64,000 nucleotides of DNA. Origin: the human T2T-CHM13v2.0 reference genome, Homo sapiens. Position 1 is the stretch's first letter; every line of letters starts with the position of its first letter. Below the pieces are notes generated by a model. The model did not search any database, had not been told where the DNA came from, and saw nothing but the letters and a program-made list of their open reading frames with translations. The stretch is taken from NCBI RefSeq assembly GCF_009914755.1, contig NC_060947.1. One strand, written 5' to 3'. Shown here piece after piece: positions 15,231-34,423 of the stretch. Position numbers and translations under genes: made by a program.

Positions 15231-17174
15231 GAAAGATGTTGGCAACGCTGGTGAGAGCAGTTTTAGTACAGTAGTTGGGGCAGAAGGGTTCATGATGAAA
15301 CCAGATGAGGAATTAGAAAACAGCAAATATAAACAAAAGAGAGGAGGAGAAGAGAGGAATAGCTAGAGATTCATTAAGCATCTATTATGTGGAAGACACT
15401 GTGTTATATTACACCCGGGGACACAAAGATGCATAAAATATGGGGTTTTTTTTAAGCTCTGGAAGCCCACAGCCTTCAGAAAAGAGAAAATCTTATAAGT
15501 AATTCACAAAGGTGATAGATAAGTACTTACATAGAAGTATGATAAGACTGTCATGGGAGCATAGAGGAGGGAACCACAGAATGGTCAACCAAATACATTA
15601 AATACATCTCTGAGGAGAAGTGCATAATGGCTGGCACATACTAGGCATGCATATATGACGAATTAGGTGACAATTATGTTTTGGAAGGTGAATGGGACTT
15701 TGATGAAGAAAGCTAGACAACCCATTTCTAACAAAGGGAACAGCAAGTACAAAGCTAACCAATCCCCTAGGTTTGCTGGCTTTCCTCTCGGCATGAGGCT
15801 TAGAATAAGGGCTGAGAGAAAGCCAAAACTGTTGGGCAGAGAAAATGTGACAAGAGGCCAAAATAGCCTAAGGGGGCCTTCAAATGCCCATTCAGGTACT
15901 TAATAAGTGGCCTTTCAATCCCAAATTATCTTAGCATCTTCCCTACCTCACTATTTCTCTCCGCTAGCCTCCATACACAGAAATAAATGTTAGCAAGGCA
16001 AGCACAATTCTTCCTTGCTAATAAATATAAAATGTAAGCCATGTATAATGGTTCTTAACACTGGTAGCAGTTTTAATTTCTCTGATCTTCTACTATACCA
16101 ATATCTGGTGCAAGGCAGCAAAATACATTTAGTACCTTGATGTAATTTAGAAGCAATGATTGATCCTACCTTCCTTGTGTAAGACTCTTAGCTGACTTAG
16201 AGAACATAAGTCCTATGTAATTAACATGTTCACAAATGTAGAGAGAGCTGTTTTTGAAATGGTGAAGTACCAAGGACGCTTTGCTGTAAGCTTATGAATC
16301 TTGGCTGCATTTTACCACTGCTTCCAGCATGTAGCTCCTTTAATGAACCTAGTACTCTGGTGCATTAAGTCACTTGTTTAGGGTCTAGTCACGCTGAATT
16401 CTATATACTGCGAGCCAGAGGTCTAATCAACCTATGCTCTTTGTCACATGGTATACTGGAAAGAAGAGGTCTTTGTGCAGATCTATTCTCCCTATAGCAC
16501 AACAAGTCGTGGGCCTGGCCTGCTGCCAGAAAGTTAGTAGTGTCATCTGTGTAGATGAAATTCAGCAACTCATTATCTTACATTGTGCCAGAAGAGTGGG
16601 AAGAAGATTGACTTGGTAATTTGCTATGTTTCGATCCTAATCTGTTTAGAAATATGATTTCTTTAAAAGGAAATGGAAAAGAATGTGTTTCTCATGATAG
16701 CTTCACAGTATCTCCTGAGAGGATGTTCAGTTATTGTAAATACAGCAATTTAATTCTCTCCTTGAATTTCAGATGTATTTCATCTCTTTAAAAAATAAAT
16801 GTGTTGAAATGATCAGATTATAAAGTATGAATTGTATACTTCCAAAAGTGGAATTTTATATTTCAGATTACACAAAAAAACTTTTTTCATGAGTCATAAA
16901 GTTATTGGTTTGTATACTATGTTATTTTTATACATCATCTCCAAAACTCTTTAAAAATAAGTTTACATTGTAACCTATTTAAAGGAGAAAGGCATATTTG
17001 CGGTACACATATTTTATCTCAGAGTCATTTCAGCATTTTGAGTCTAATTCATTCTTCCCACCCTGTAGCATAGTATGCAAAATCCAGAAGCTATCAGAAG
17101 CAAGGCCCAAATTTAGTGTAGTAAAGCTTCTAGTACATGGGTGAAATACACACATAAGAAAGAAAAAAGAACAA

Positions 17175-17760
<586 letters not shown>

Positions 17761-20343
17761 GTATCAACTGTAAAATGAGAATAGTACTAATTTATTTCTC
17801 AGGTTATGAGTCGAATGAATGAGAATGCTTTTTTTTTCAAGCACCTTAATCTCTTAGCTATTTCGTAGTTGAAAAGAAGTTATCCTGCTTATCTCACAGG
17901 ATTGTGATGATCAAAAAGGATAATAAATGCTAAAACACCTAGAAAAACATAAAGTGCTGCTCAACATTGGGACCAAGCTTCCCTGTATACTGAACATCTC
18001 ACTATATGGTCCAGAACGGGATCTTCATGGTGATTCTTAGTCCTCAATAGACAGCTGTATCTAGCGTGATAAGACAGGGAAGTCTCAAAACACTTTACAA
18101 AGATTTCTGTCAGGTTTCAAAGTTTGCTGTCAACGAAGTAGACCTTAATTACCCAGAAAACTCATTTCTGTGGAACTCCTTATATGGAGCCAAGGAAGCA
18201 AGGTGTTAAACTGTGCATAACTCTTATTAGGTGAGGACTATATAGCATTGTAATTAGAAAGAAATCTGAGGTATAGTGTTCAAGCCAACTCTATAAATGC
18301 CGTCTTAAAGATTATATAATGTATTCTAAAATATTTCATATGGATTTCTAAAGAATTGAATAACAATCAAATATGCTAAACATAAAAATGACTCAGGACA
18401 CAGTTTAATAATTCCTGATGCCAAATATATATCAGAATCTGTAGGACCTTAACAATATTATTTATGAATATAAATTATTGATCAAAACTGTACAAGTAAA
18501 TGTTGAAGACTGGACCAAACCTGATCTGGGTTGAAGTCCTGAGCTCCCTCACTCACTCGTCCTCTAATTTGGAACTAGTCAGCCTCCATGTCATTTCACT
18601 GATTGCTGTAGAAGGTCAAATGAATTGATGTCTGTGCAAATGCTATGCAAACTGTAAAATGATGTACAAATGTGAAGTATTATTTATCATAAAAGTTGAA
18701 TACAGAAAAATGGTTTGAAACAGTTTATTAATTTGGGAATGTCAAAGAAATAAGAGATTATGAGAAAACCAAAGTCCTGGTTATGTTTAGTATATCATGC
18801 AACATTGCCATGGGGTGGCAACCATAGCAACAAAGTAAGTAATCTTTTCCACCAGACATTTCTGGTTACAGCCTCTTGTTTGACTCAAGCCAGTCCCCCT
18901 CCTTGACTGCCTTTTTACCTCCTCACTTTTGATCCTTATTCATCCTTCCAAGATCCAGCTGTAGGCTTCATAGCCTTTAAGAGGCCTTGATAAACCTCTA
19001 TCCAGATAGCTCATCTTAGTTTACATTCTTCCACGTGCATGCTTAAGATACTTATAATTTCTAGGCCTTTTTCATGTGCTTCTCGCGTCTTCACAGCTAT
19101 GTAACAAGCCAAAAGAGGTTAGAGATTCCTTCTATCTCGGTGTGGCAACTAGCATAATGCAAACAGTTAAGTACTTAATGAATATTTGTAGATTGAAAGA
19201 AAACATGCTGCAGGCCCAATGCTAAAGCATACCCTTCTTTCAAAAAAGAAAACTATATTTGAAAGAGCTTAAGAGATGGTCAGTAGACAATGCAGTTGTC
19301 TATGAAGCCACAGTGAGTTATATATATAAAATGGCAACTAATTGGTAACTTATTGGGAGATCAAGGGAAGAAGTTGTTGTAAATATTTGTTCATGAGGGA
19401 GAAGCCTTCAGGCTCTTTCCAGTTCTATCCCTGTACCACAGTAATGATACTGTGCACAAATGGCTTCCTCAAAGGGCTATACTGTGTAATATACATAATG
19501 TTCCATTTTCACATTTAAATGTAAGTTAAGAAACAAAATTACATTGTAATTTATCATCACATATTTATTATCTCCCCTTCTTCTCCCAAATTTTATGATT
19601 TTTCTGATTGCTAAGGTATAGTGTGGCACTCTTCACCATTTATTGGCATAATACAGAGCTTAGATAACATTCACATGCAGAACACCCTCCCTGGAGCCCT
19701 TGGGGTTCTGTAGATTTTTCTAGCACGATGGCTGTAACTAGGCCCCCTTTTCTTCTTGCTCAAGAAAGCCTATCAGAATGTGAATAAGAGTGACACTATC
19801 ATAGAAATAACATTTGTTCCAGTTTTTATTTAAGTAAATTATTAATGACCTTCAGGACTTCGTTAGTAACAAAATGTTTGCAGTACACTTCAATACCACA
19901 GTTGCAGTCACTGGGGCAGTAAAATGGACTTTGGTTTCACATTTAAGGACCTGGGTTCAAGTTGTAAGTCTGCCACTTATTTTCTATGAAACTTTGAACA
20001 TGCTTCTTGATCTCTCAGCCTCAGTTCCTATAAAATGGCAATAACAGTAATACATCACTGGGATGATATGGGGATTAAATACAATGTTATTTGAAAAACC
20101 AATTTTTAAAATGTAAAGCCCTGGGCAAATCTGAGTTCTGTATCCCCTTATGCACCCATGTAATTGTCCTTTCTGTCATTGCCATGCCCTTGGTTTAGGC
20201 CTTCCAACTACCTATTGCTTTGTCTCCTTCCTTACCTTATATGAATTCCTCATCCCCTTTTCCTTCAAAATCATTCTCTTGTAGTTGATCCAACTAACAG
20301 TCACAGATTCATTTTCTTTTCCATTTGAATTAGCTATAACTAA

Positions 20344-20379
20344 CTAAGCTAATCTAAGCTAATCTAAGCTAATCTAAGC
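20344..20379. repeat. 10-bp tandem repeat (CTAAGCTAAT), about 3.6 copies
   Basis: ctaagctaatctaagctaatctaagctaatctaagc. Confidence 0.85.
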
Positions 20380-21039
20380 CCTAACTCCTAGAGGTTGTTC
20401 TTAATTATGAACTTGCATGCAGTCTGGGACAGAAAAACAGAAAACTCCTTACTTATTTTAGAGTTTTCAATCTTTTCCTCCACCCCCAGATAATGTTTTT
20501 ATATACACCAAAAGTCAAGCTCTTCTCTTGCCTTCCCAATACCTCCAGTGTATACCCACACATAGCCCAGTGCTGAAAGACAGCTTAGGGAATGCAGAGG
20601 AAAGGGACTGACCACCAAAAACAAGACAAGGATCTTGTGGGAAGACAGGACCCAAGTTCTCTAGATGGCTGAACTACAACCTCAAATGTCTTAGCATTCT
20701 CAAAATTTGTATGGGAACCTTCAGCAGTAGGGCCTGGCTATACCTACTGCTACTGTTCCAAGCTCTAACACCACGTGGTCCAGTCCAGTAGAGCAAACAA
20801 AGATTGTAAAACTAGGACCAGCTGCCACTTACAGTGTTTCTTGGGCCTTCACAAGCAGCTCCACTCCTTGCCCATTGCTCCTCCTACTGGTTCTGATCCA
20901 TATTGGAACTCCCTCTAACTTGCATTGCCTTCTCCCTCATTCCCTAGTTGTCCCAGTTGGATGAGAATTGTGAGTTCCTAGATCTCTCTCAAAAGACATT
21001 CTTCCATATATACGACAGGAGACTTATACAGTGTCAAAA

Positions 21040-21630
21040 TCTAACAACCCAAATGCCCATCAACAGAATAGTGTATGGATAAACTACGATATATTCATAC
21101 AATGAAATATTAAACAGCAACCAAACCAATGAACTGTAGCAACAGTTATGAATATGAGTGAATCTTACCAATATAATGTTAAGCTTATAAAAAGTAAATC
21201 CCCTATGTTGAATTTGCCAACAAAAGAAAAAACTATGTTTGTATTAAACGTATTTAAGAAGCAAGTCATCTCGGACCTGTAATAAAGACAAACCTAATTT
21301 AATATTGAAAAGACTAAGTCCTAAAATATTAAATGTAGCATAATAACCTTTGTAAGTTACAAACAACTAACTTTAAATATATATATATATATTAGGAATA
21401 TATACAAATGTGATATAATTATATGAAAAGGAAATTGAGGGAATGAATGAACACAGGATTCAGGATAAAGATTACTTGAAAAAAAAAGATTACTTGAGTG
21501 GGTAAATTGTAGGGAGATGAGAGTGAGAAGGAAATATATGGTTGAATGTAAGTTTTTAACAAAGTCCTAGCTTTTGCTTTGGGTGACTGTTTTACAAGTG
21601 CTTATTACATTATTTTATTAAAGCTAAATA
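21040..21630 (+). mobile_element. Old L1M 3' UTR fragment
   Basis: aacaacccaaatgcccatcaacag...ggataaactacgatatattcatacaatgaaatatt. Confidence 0.6.
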
Positions 21631-21634
21631 AATA

Positions 21635-22994
21635 CAAAAATAAGCAATGGGGGAAAGGAGTCACTATTCAATAATAATGCTGGGATAACTGACTGTCCAA
21701 AATAATGAAATATGTAGAAGAATGAAACTGGACCCCTACCCATCACCATATACAAAAATTAACTCAAGATTGATTAAAGACTTAAATATAAGACCTCAGA
21801 CTGTAAGAATCCTAAACAAAAACCGAGGAAACACCATTCTGGACATCAGCTTTGGGAAAGAATGTATGACTAAGTTATCAAAAACAATTGTAACAAAAAC
21901 AAAAATTAAGTGGGACCTAATTAAACTAAAGAGCTTCTGCACAGCAAAATAAATTTCAACAGAGCAAACAGACAACCTACAAATATTTGCAAACTATACA
22001 TCTGACAAAGGTCTGATATCCAGAATCTATAAGGAACTTAAGTTTGTCTTTATTACAGGTCCAAGATGACTTGCTTCTTAAATACGTTTAATACAAACAT
22101 AGAACAAGGAAATTGAACAAGCAGAAAACAAATAACCCCCTTTAAAAATGGGCAAAAGATATGAACAGACACTTCTCAAAAGAAGATATACAAGTGGCCA
22201 AGAAACATGAAAAAATGTTCGGCATCACTAATCATTAGAGAAATGCAAATCAAAATCACAATGAGAAACCATCTCACACCAGTCAGAATGGCTTTTATTA
22301 AAAAGTCAAAAAATAACAAATGCTAGTGAGGTTGTGGAGAAAATGGAACACTTATGCACTGTTGGTGGGAATGTAAACTAGTTCAACCACTGTGGAAAGC
22401 AGTTTGGAGATTGCTCAAAGAACTAAAAGTAGAACTACCATTTGACCCAACAATCCCGTTACTGGGTATATATCCAAAAGAAAATAAACCATTCTACCAA
22501 AAAGATGTATGCACTCATATGTTCATGGCAGCACTCTTCACAATAGCAAAGACATGGAATCAACCTAGGTGCACATCAATGGCAGATTGGATAAAGAAAA
22601 TGTGGTTCATATACACCGTGGAATATAACGCAGCTATAAAAAAGAATAAAAGTATGGCCTGTACAGGTACATGGATACAGCTGGAGGCCATTATCCTAAG
22701 CGAATTAACACAGAAACAGAAAACCAAATACCAGGTGTTCTCACTTGTAAGTGGGAGCTAAACATCGGGTACATATGGACATAAAGATGGCAACAATAGA
22801 CACTGGGGACTACACGTGGAGGGAGGGAAGGAGGGAGGGAGAGGGCAAGGGTTGAAAAACTACATTTTGGGTACTATGCTCACTATCTGGTGATGGAATC
22901 AATTTTGCTACAAACCTCGGCATCACACAACATACCCATATAACAAACCTGCACATGTACTCCCTGAATCTAAAATAAAAGTTGAAATTTTTAA
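21635..22994 (+). mobile_element. 5'-truncated L1 (L1PA15-16/L1PB-like): ORF2 C-terminal remnant and 3' UTR
   Basis: ORF-track fragments 21722-21952 and 22354-22761 match L1 ORF2. TSD-like aaa(g/a)ctaaataaata at 21620-21634 and 22995-23009. Confidence 0.9.
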
Positions 22995-23039
22995 AAAACT
23001 AAATAAATAAAAGTGGGCTACACATAGACCAATGTGAAT

Positions 23040-23300
23040 GTGCTATAAATGTAAAATAGATTTCATAATAGATTTCAAAGACTTAGTACCAAAAAAGCAA
23101 TGTAAAATATCTCATTAATACACATCTATATTGATTACATGCTGAAATTAAAATAGTTTAGGTTTATTGGGTTACATAAAAAAAATCTATTAAAAATTAA
23201 TTTCACCTGATTCTTTTTACTTTTTTAATATGGTTAATAGAAATTTTTAAATTACCTATGTGGCTCACATTTGTGACTCACATTATGTTTCTATCAGACA
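23040..23300 (-). mobile_element. MER33-like hAT/Charlie DNA transposon
   Basis: gatttcaaagacttagtacc...aatgtaaaatatctcattaat...ttaatttcacctg...atgtggctcacatt matches the MER33 reverse strand as I recall it. Confidence 0.75.
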
Positions 23301-25549
23301 TAGAAACGTGTCATGGTGGTATAAGAATTCTAGAGCACTGCTCTTTATGTGTAAACCCAGCTGTTTTCAGGCTTAAAGCTATTTAGTTTGTCTTTTTAGG
23401 TTTAATAATTCTAATTTATTTTTTTTCAGGGCTTCTGAAACCTTAATTGAAAGTTTTAATAAATACAAAAGTAATACATGCTCCTTTTAAAACAAAATTA
23501 AATATCAGAGAAATTTATGATGTAACAGAAGGAATGTAACACCACAATCTTAGCTCCCAGATATAGACACGGTTAAGAATTAAGAAGACTTTCTAGGTAT
23601 ATGTGTTTTTAAAGTATTAGAATGTGAACATCAAAGTTATCCCTATTCTTTCTCATTTTTTCTGACACCAGAGAGGCAACGGAAGATCATGGCTCAATGT
23701 TTGTGCCAAGCAGAGAACTAAAGTAGTGGTTCCCACCTCTGGAGTTACAGTCCTCTATCGTTAGCTGGAGTTTGGAATTTTTTTCCTGGCCAAATCTCTT
23801 CCCCTCACCCCAAAAAAGTGCCATTTGGCATATGTTTACACTAAAAGCTGAAGTGAACTAAAATTAGTGTTTTGAGAATTTCCTAATACCCCTTGGGAAA
23901 ATATCAGAGACCCAATGGGATATTGTAAGACCAGAACTAACAATCACTATTTCAGGGTATTGATTTCCAACAAAGTACCTGATCATTTCTCTCAGTGGGT
24001 ATGAACCAGGCTTCTGATGGGAGTGTAATGATTTGGAGAAAACAAGGTGGATCTATTTCTCTATAGGTTTCTCTCTGTTCTTAGGAAGAAATTCAATGGA
24101 GGTAGCTGTGACAGGGGGAGGGGGGGTGGAAAAGGGGTCCAAAGGTCAGATCTTGATTATGTGCTAGATCTTGAAACTTTTCTTTTCAAATTGCCTGAGG
24201 CCCTATAAAAATCATTAATATAGAAATAGCTATTTTTTCAAGCCTTGGACTAAGTGCCATGGAAATTACAGAAGTTATTTTCTTTGTTCACATTATTGAT
24301 TGACAAGTTCAAAGATTTTGGATACATTTCTTGGAACAGACATCAAACAGTTTGACATTTTTCCTTTTCTATTCAATGAAATGAATCCTTCATTCAACAT
24401 CATATGCTTAGGAAACACACCAATGAATTTTTAAATCATATTCTATATTACCCCTGTTCCTGCACTGGTTGAGACCTGTGAGAGAAAAATAATACAAACT
24501 GCTCTTTTACTGCTATTCTGATTAGAATCTCTTTCCTCTCCTTTTGCAGGGAAATGGCAGACTTGAACTAGGCATTCCAACGAAGGCTTTTCTGAAACAC
24601 TTTTTAAGTCATTGTTCTCAGCCATCCTATCTATTCTAAAGTCCATTATCATTTTTCTTCTAGCCTGAACCCCTTGACACCACAATTCTAATGTATTTGT
24701 CTGTTTCTTTTTTGGTCACATGTTCATTTGTCTTGCTTCTGCCTTCTCTTAGATTGGCAGTTCCTTGAGGTGAGAGACCATGTCTAGGTCTAATTCCAAA
24801 GTAATATAAATCTACATGGTCAGAAAATACTTATTAACAAAATTATTACCTAGAACCCATTTGCCCCAAACTCTACCTAGGTTTATTTTATGAAATTAAT
24901 GCTTTCATTTAAAACCATTAAGTTCACATAACAGTAAACTTCTTCAAAGATCACACAAAAAGATAAATTGGAGCTAGAAACACAAATGAACAGCATGGAA
25001 GAGTTTTGGATATTAATGGCCCATGTATATATTTTTCACATTTTTAGTTTGCTTTTGCTATACAAAAATGTGTCCTGTTTATGGAGTACTGTGTGATCTT
25101 ATTTATTAAACAGAACAGTATATTAGACAGATCATTCAGTTGGAAATACATCTGGAATTCAGATCTAGTTCAAACACGAACTAGCTATGGGACTTACGTG
25201 CTCAGTTTTTTGGGCAGAGGAAGGAAATGACCTAACACTGATCCTGATAACCTCACAAGGGTATTGACAAGATCAATGCATCAGAAATATATCAGAAAGT
25301 GTTTTGTAAACTAAATACCATATAAATATGTGGGATGTCCTTACGTTTGCAGTTTCAACATTCAAGAAGACCATTCATTTCCTGTTAGCATCCCTTGTAC
25401 TTTGAGGATGTGGCCACAAGGTCCTTTGGCCTTTGTCAGTATCATCAAAAATGCCAGCTTTTAGACACAGATGTGATTTATTTGAAAGAATTATATTAGC
25501 TCACTTTTATCTTTTAAAAAATTAAGACAATATTTTATTAAAATAACTA

Positions 25550-27290
<1,741 letters not shown>

Positions 27291-29024
27291 TTAGTGTTTC
27301 TATTTTCTATTTTTTAGTGTTTCTATTATAACTTAGAAAAGTCCAGGATCTGTTTTTTTTACTGAGAAAACTTAGAAAAGGCCAGGGTATGTTTTTCACT
27401 GAGATTTTATATCAGTCACAACTCAAGTGGCTCTGTGATTTCACTGTGATTTCAGGGCTTTATAGCTTCTTTGACCACAATAGTCTGCCTAGCTTTGCCA
27501 TCTTAGTTTCTCTCATATTTGACTCTCTGAAAAATGGTATGGTCTAATCTGGGTGACAAGGAATCAATATTTCTTCTCCCTCACCCTCCTGTAAAGACCT
27601 TCCTTCCCATCTTACAGTTGGCAGAAATGGAGTGAGACTATATCATATAGGTATGTCTGTGCCTTAACATCGAACTAACCTGTACATGGTCTCTCCAATA
27701 ACAGACTGCATTTTGCCTACAGAGATCTACTATAGTAAGTATTCTGTAACACTTAGCTATCATGTTGGCTGTTAGGCCCTAGCAACCTGTGCTTTTTCTG
27801 AATAGCTTAGTTACAAAATACTGTAGCAAAAGAATTCGTCGGAGCTGATTACTATAACAATGTGCCAGAATAATACTTTTACATTTAAAAAATCTAGACC
27901 TCTAAGATTCCTCTCAGCCATGAAATTATGTTAACTTTGAGCAGTTAAAATTATTTTATAAAAACTAACATCTGATTTACTTATTCTAGACTAAATAAGC
28001 CAAGTGCTGTAATAAAGATCTCAAGCTATATTCTAAAAAATTATCATTGATTACATTCCTACTATGTTCCAGGCACTATGGTAGGCACTCTAATCCTCCC
28101 ATCATCTCTGCACATGAAGTGGAAGTTACTCTCATTTTACATATAGACACAGATAACAACCTCAGATATGTTAAATAACTTGAGTAGAGTTACAGGTGGT
28201 GTGGAAAGATAAGAACAAAAATAAAGTCTTCCTTGTCTTATTTTGCCCCTCTGGGCAGGTGTTCATTTTGTCTTTTTGATGCTTCCAGTATCTGTGTTGA
28301 CCTTTTCTTGCCTGAGCCTTGGGCAGGCTGGGCTTTCTGTAGAGCTACTTGACTGGAAGCTTTTTCTAGCCACAAGCATTCCACTGGGGTTGTGGGGGCA
28401 TCTGCTCACTTTACTGTCTCTTGGTAGAAAAGCTTAAAGTGAATTTTTAAAGTGAAAGTTTAGAATCTTAGTAAAGCTATAAGACATAGACCCAACCCCA
28501 AACTGCTGTCTCAGTGGGGTTCATCTCTCTTTACCGCTAGATCCTTTTATGTCAGTAGGATAGGACCTTGGACATTATTGCCAGTGGTATACAGTATCAC
28601 TATGGTATGACTGAAAGTTTGAGTACTATTTCTACACTCCTGTACCACAAAAGCAATCTCATACTATAGAAACAAACCTGTACTGTAGAATAGAAGAGAA
28701 TTGAGCAGGAAATGTTTAGTTTGCATTGCAAACTTTTTTATTTTTTGTTTTTTTCTCACTTTTAGCATCTTGGGCTTCTATTCTGGGGATTAGAGATAGT
28801 AAGTAATTATAATATCAAGATGAGATGACAATATCATTCTTTTTCTGTTCCAAGTGAATGATGGCTCTTTGGCCCATAAGCTGTAACACACATAAGTAAA
28901 GGGGTTAAATTGAAGGCATGCAAGAAGCAGGAAACAACCACTACATGGTCACGTGGGAGAAACATTAGTTGAATACAGATATAATTGTTAGAAGTCAGTC
29001 ACGTTCTCTAGAAGCTTTTTCAGA

Positions 29025-29250
29025 CTTACTGAATACCAACTTTGTGCCCTCACTTTATGTGCTTTACATCATTGAATTCTCATAACAATCCTGTGAAGTT
29101 AGTATTATTATTCTCATTTTATAGACAAGAAAACTATGGCTCAGAAAGATTAGGTAATTTGCCCAAAGCCACACAACTAGTGAGTGGCAAATGCAGAGAC
29201 TGAACCAAAGTCTTTTTGACTCCAAAGTTCTTTCAACTACACTGCCTCCA
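29025..29250 (-). mobile_element. MIR SINE
   Basis: ctcataacaatcctgtgaag...attttatagacaagaaaactatggctcagaaagattaggtaatttgcccaaagccacacaactag. Confidence 0.85.
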
Positions 29251-29993
29251 AATGACTTAGCATGGTCAGATACTTGCTTTTTTCCTTGTAGTATCCACTG
29301 TTATGATCAGCCTGGTGCTAGTAATGCAGCAGCATCTGAAGCATAGTGGTTGGAGGAGAGGGGAAGGGGGCGTTTAAGGACCAGAAAATGGCATCTAAGA
29401 TAGGACTTGTCAAGTGGAGACATGGGACCTCTCTCCTGAAACCATGAATTTAAAATTGTATTCTTTACACTAAGAATCCCAACAAGTAAAAGTCACTAAT
29501 ACTTACAGTTGAGAGTGTGCGTGTGGGGAAAATGTTGCTGCCGTTACTTTTGAGACTTAGAGCAGCTGCTATTGCAACCTCCAGGGTACCCTACTCCCAC
29601 CAGTCTTACTTTTACTTTACAGTAACTGTGAATGTCAAATCTTGTTTTAGGCACAAGGAACAAAGTTTCCCTGCCGCTTACATCTTTCCCCCCAAGAAAC
29701 ACAAAGGGCTTTACAAACCCACAAAGGAGCGTTGCATAGAAAGAGAACTTGGACCATACCAAGAGTGATTGGTTTAACACTCCACACATTTCCAGTGAAA
29801 TTGGGAAAGGCATCTTGCATGCCTTTCCATAAACCTACTAAATCTCCATCTCTTCAAGTTTCCTTAGACTCTCTTTTACTATGGTTTATTCCCTAAATTA
29901 TTGCTACTGTCAGAAATCCTGTTAGATATCCAGAAATTCACTTTTGAGGATATTGTGTGCTCTGCAGATTTTTTTTCTTAAAAATAAAACAGA

Positions 29994-30652
29994 GTTCTTT
30001 TACATTTGCTGAGGAGAGCTTTACTTCCAACTATGTGGTCAATTTTGGAATAGGTGTGGTGTGGTGCTGAAAAAAATGTATATTCTGTTGATTTGGGGTG
30101 GAGAGTTCTGTAGATGTCTATTAGGTCCCCTTGGTGCAGAGCTGAGTTCAATTCCTGGGTATCCTTGTTGACTTTCTGTCTCGTTGATCTGTCTAATGTT
30201 GACAGTGGGGTGTTAAAGTCTCCCATTATTAATGTGTGGGAGTCTAAGTCTCTTTGTAGGTCACTCAGGACTTGCTTTATGAATCTGGGTGCTCCTGTAT
30301 TGGGTGCATAAATATTTAGGATAGTTAGCTCCTCTTGTTGAATTGATCCCTTTACCATTATGTAATGGCCTTCTTTGTCTCTTTTGATCTTTGTTGGTTT
30401 AAAGTCTGTTTTATCAGAGACTAGGATTGCAACCCCTGCCTTTTTTTGTTTTCCATTGGCTTGGTAGATCTTTCTCCATCCTTTTATTTTGAGCCTATGT
30501 GTGTCTCTGCACGTGAGATGAGTTTCCTGAATACAGCACACTGATGGGTCTTGACTCTTTATCCAACTTGCCAGTCTGTGTCTTTTAATTGCAGAATTTA
30601 GTCCATTTATATTTAAAGTTAATATTGTTATGTGTGAATTTGATCCTGTCAT
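29994..30652 (-). pseudogene. L1 ORF2 codons 1-220 (most of the endonuclease domain), in the inverted segment
   Basis: ORF 29978-30652: MTGSNSHITILTLNINGLNS...SKCKRT, then runs into flanking sequence (LFYF). Confidence 0.95.
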
Positions 30653-30715
30653 TATGATGTTAGCTGGTGATTTTGCTCGTTAGTTGATGCAATTTCTTCC
30701 TAGTCTCGATGGTCT

Positions 30716-34423
<3,708 letters not shown>

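Noticed and set aside
16150-16800. Repeat-poor stretch with CTTTG motifs and a strong-looking acceptor (ttgaatttcag at about 16772) as a cryptic exon or enhancer
   Set aside because: No convincing paired donor or open frame, and the motifs are too short to support without conservation data.
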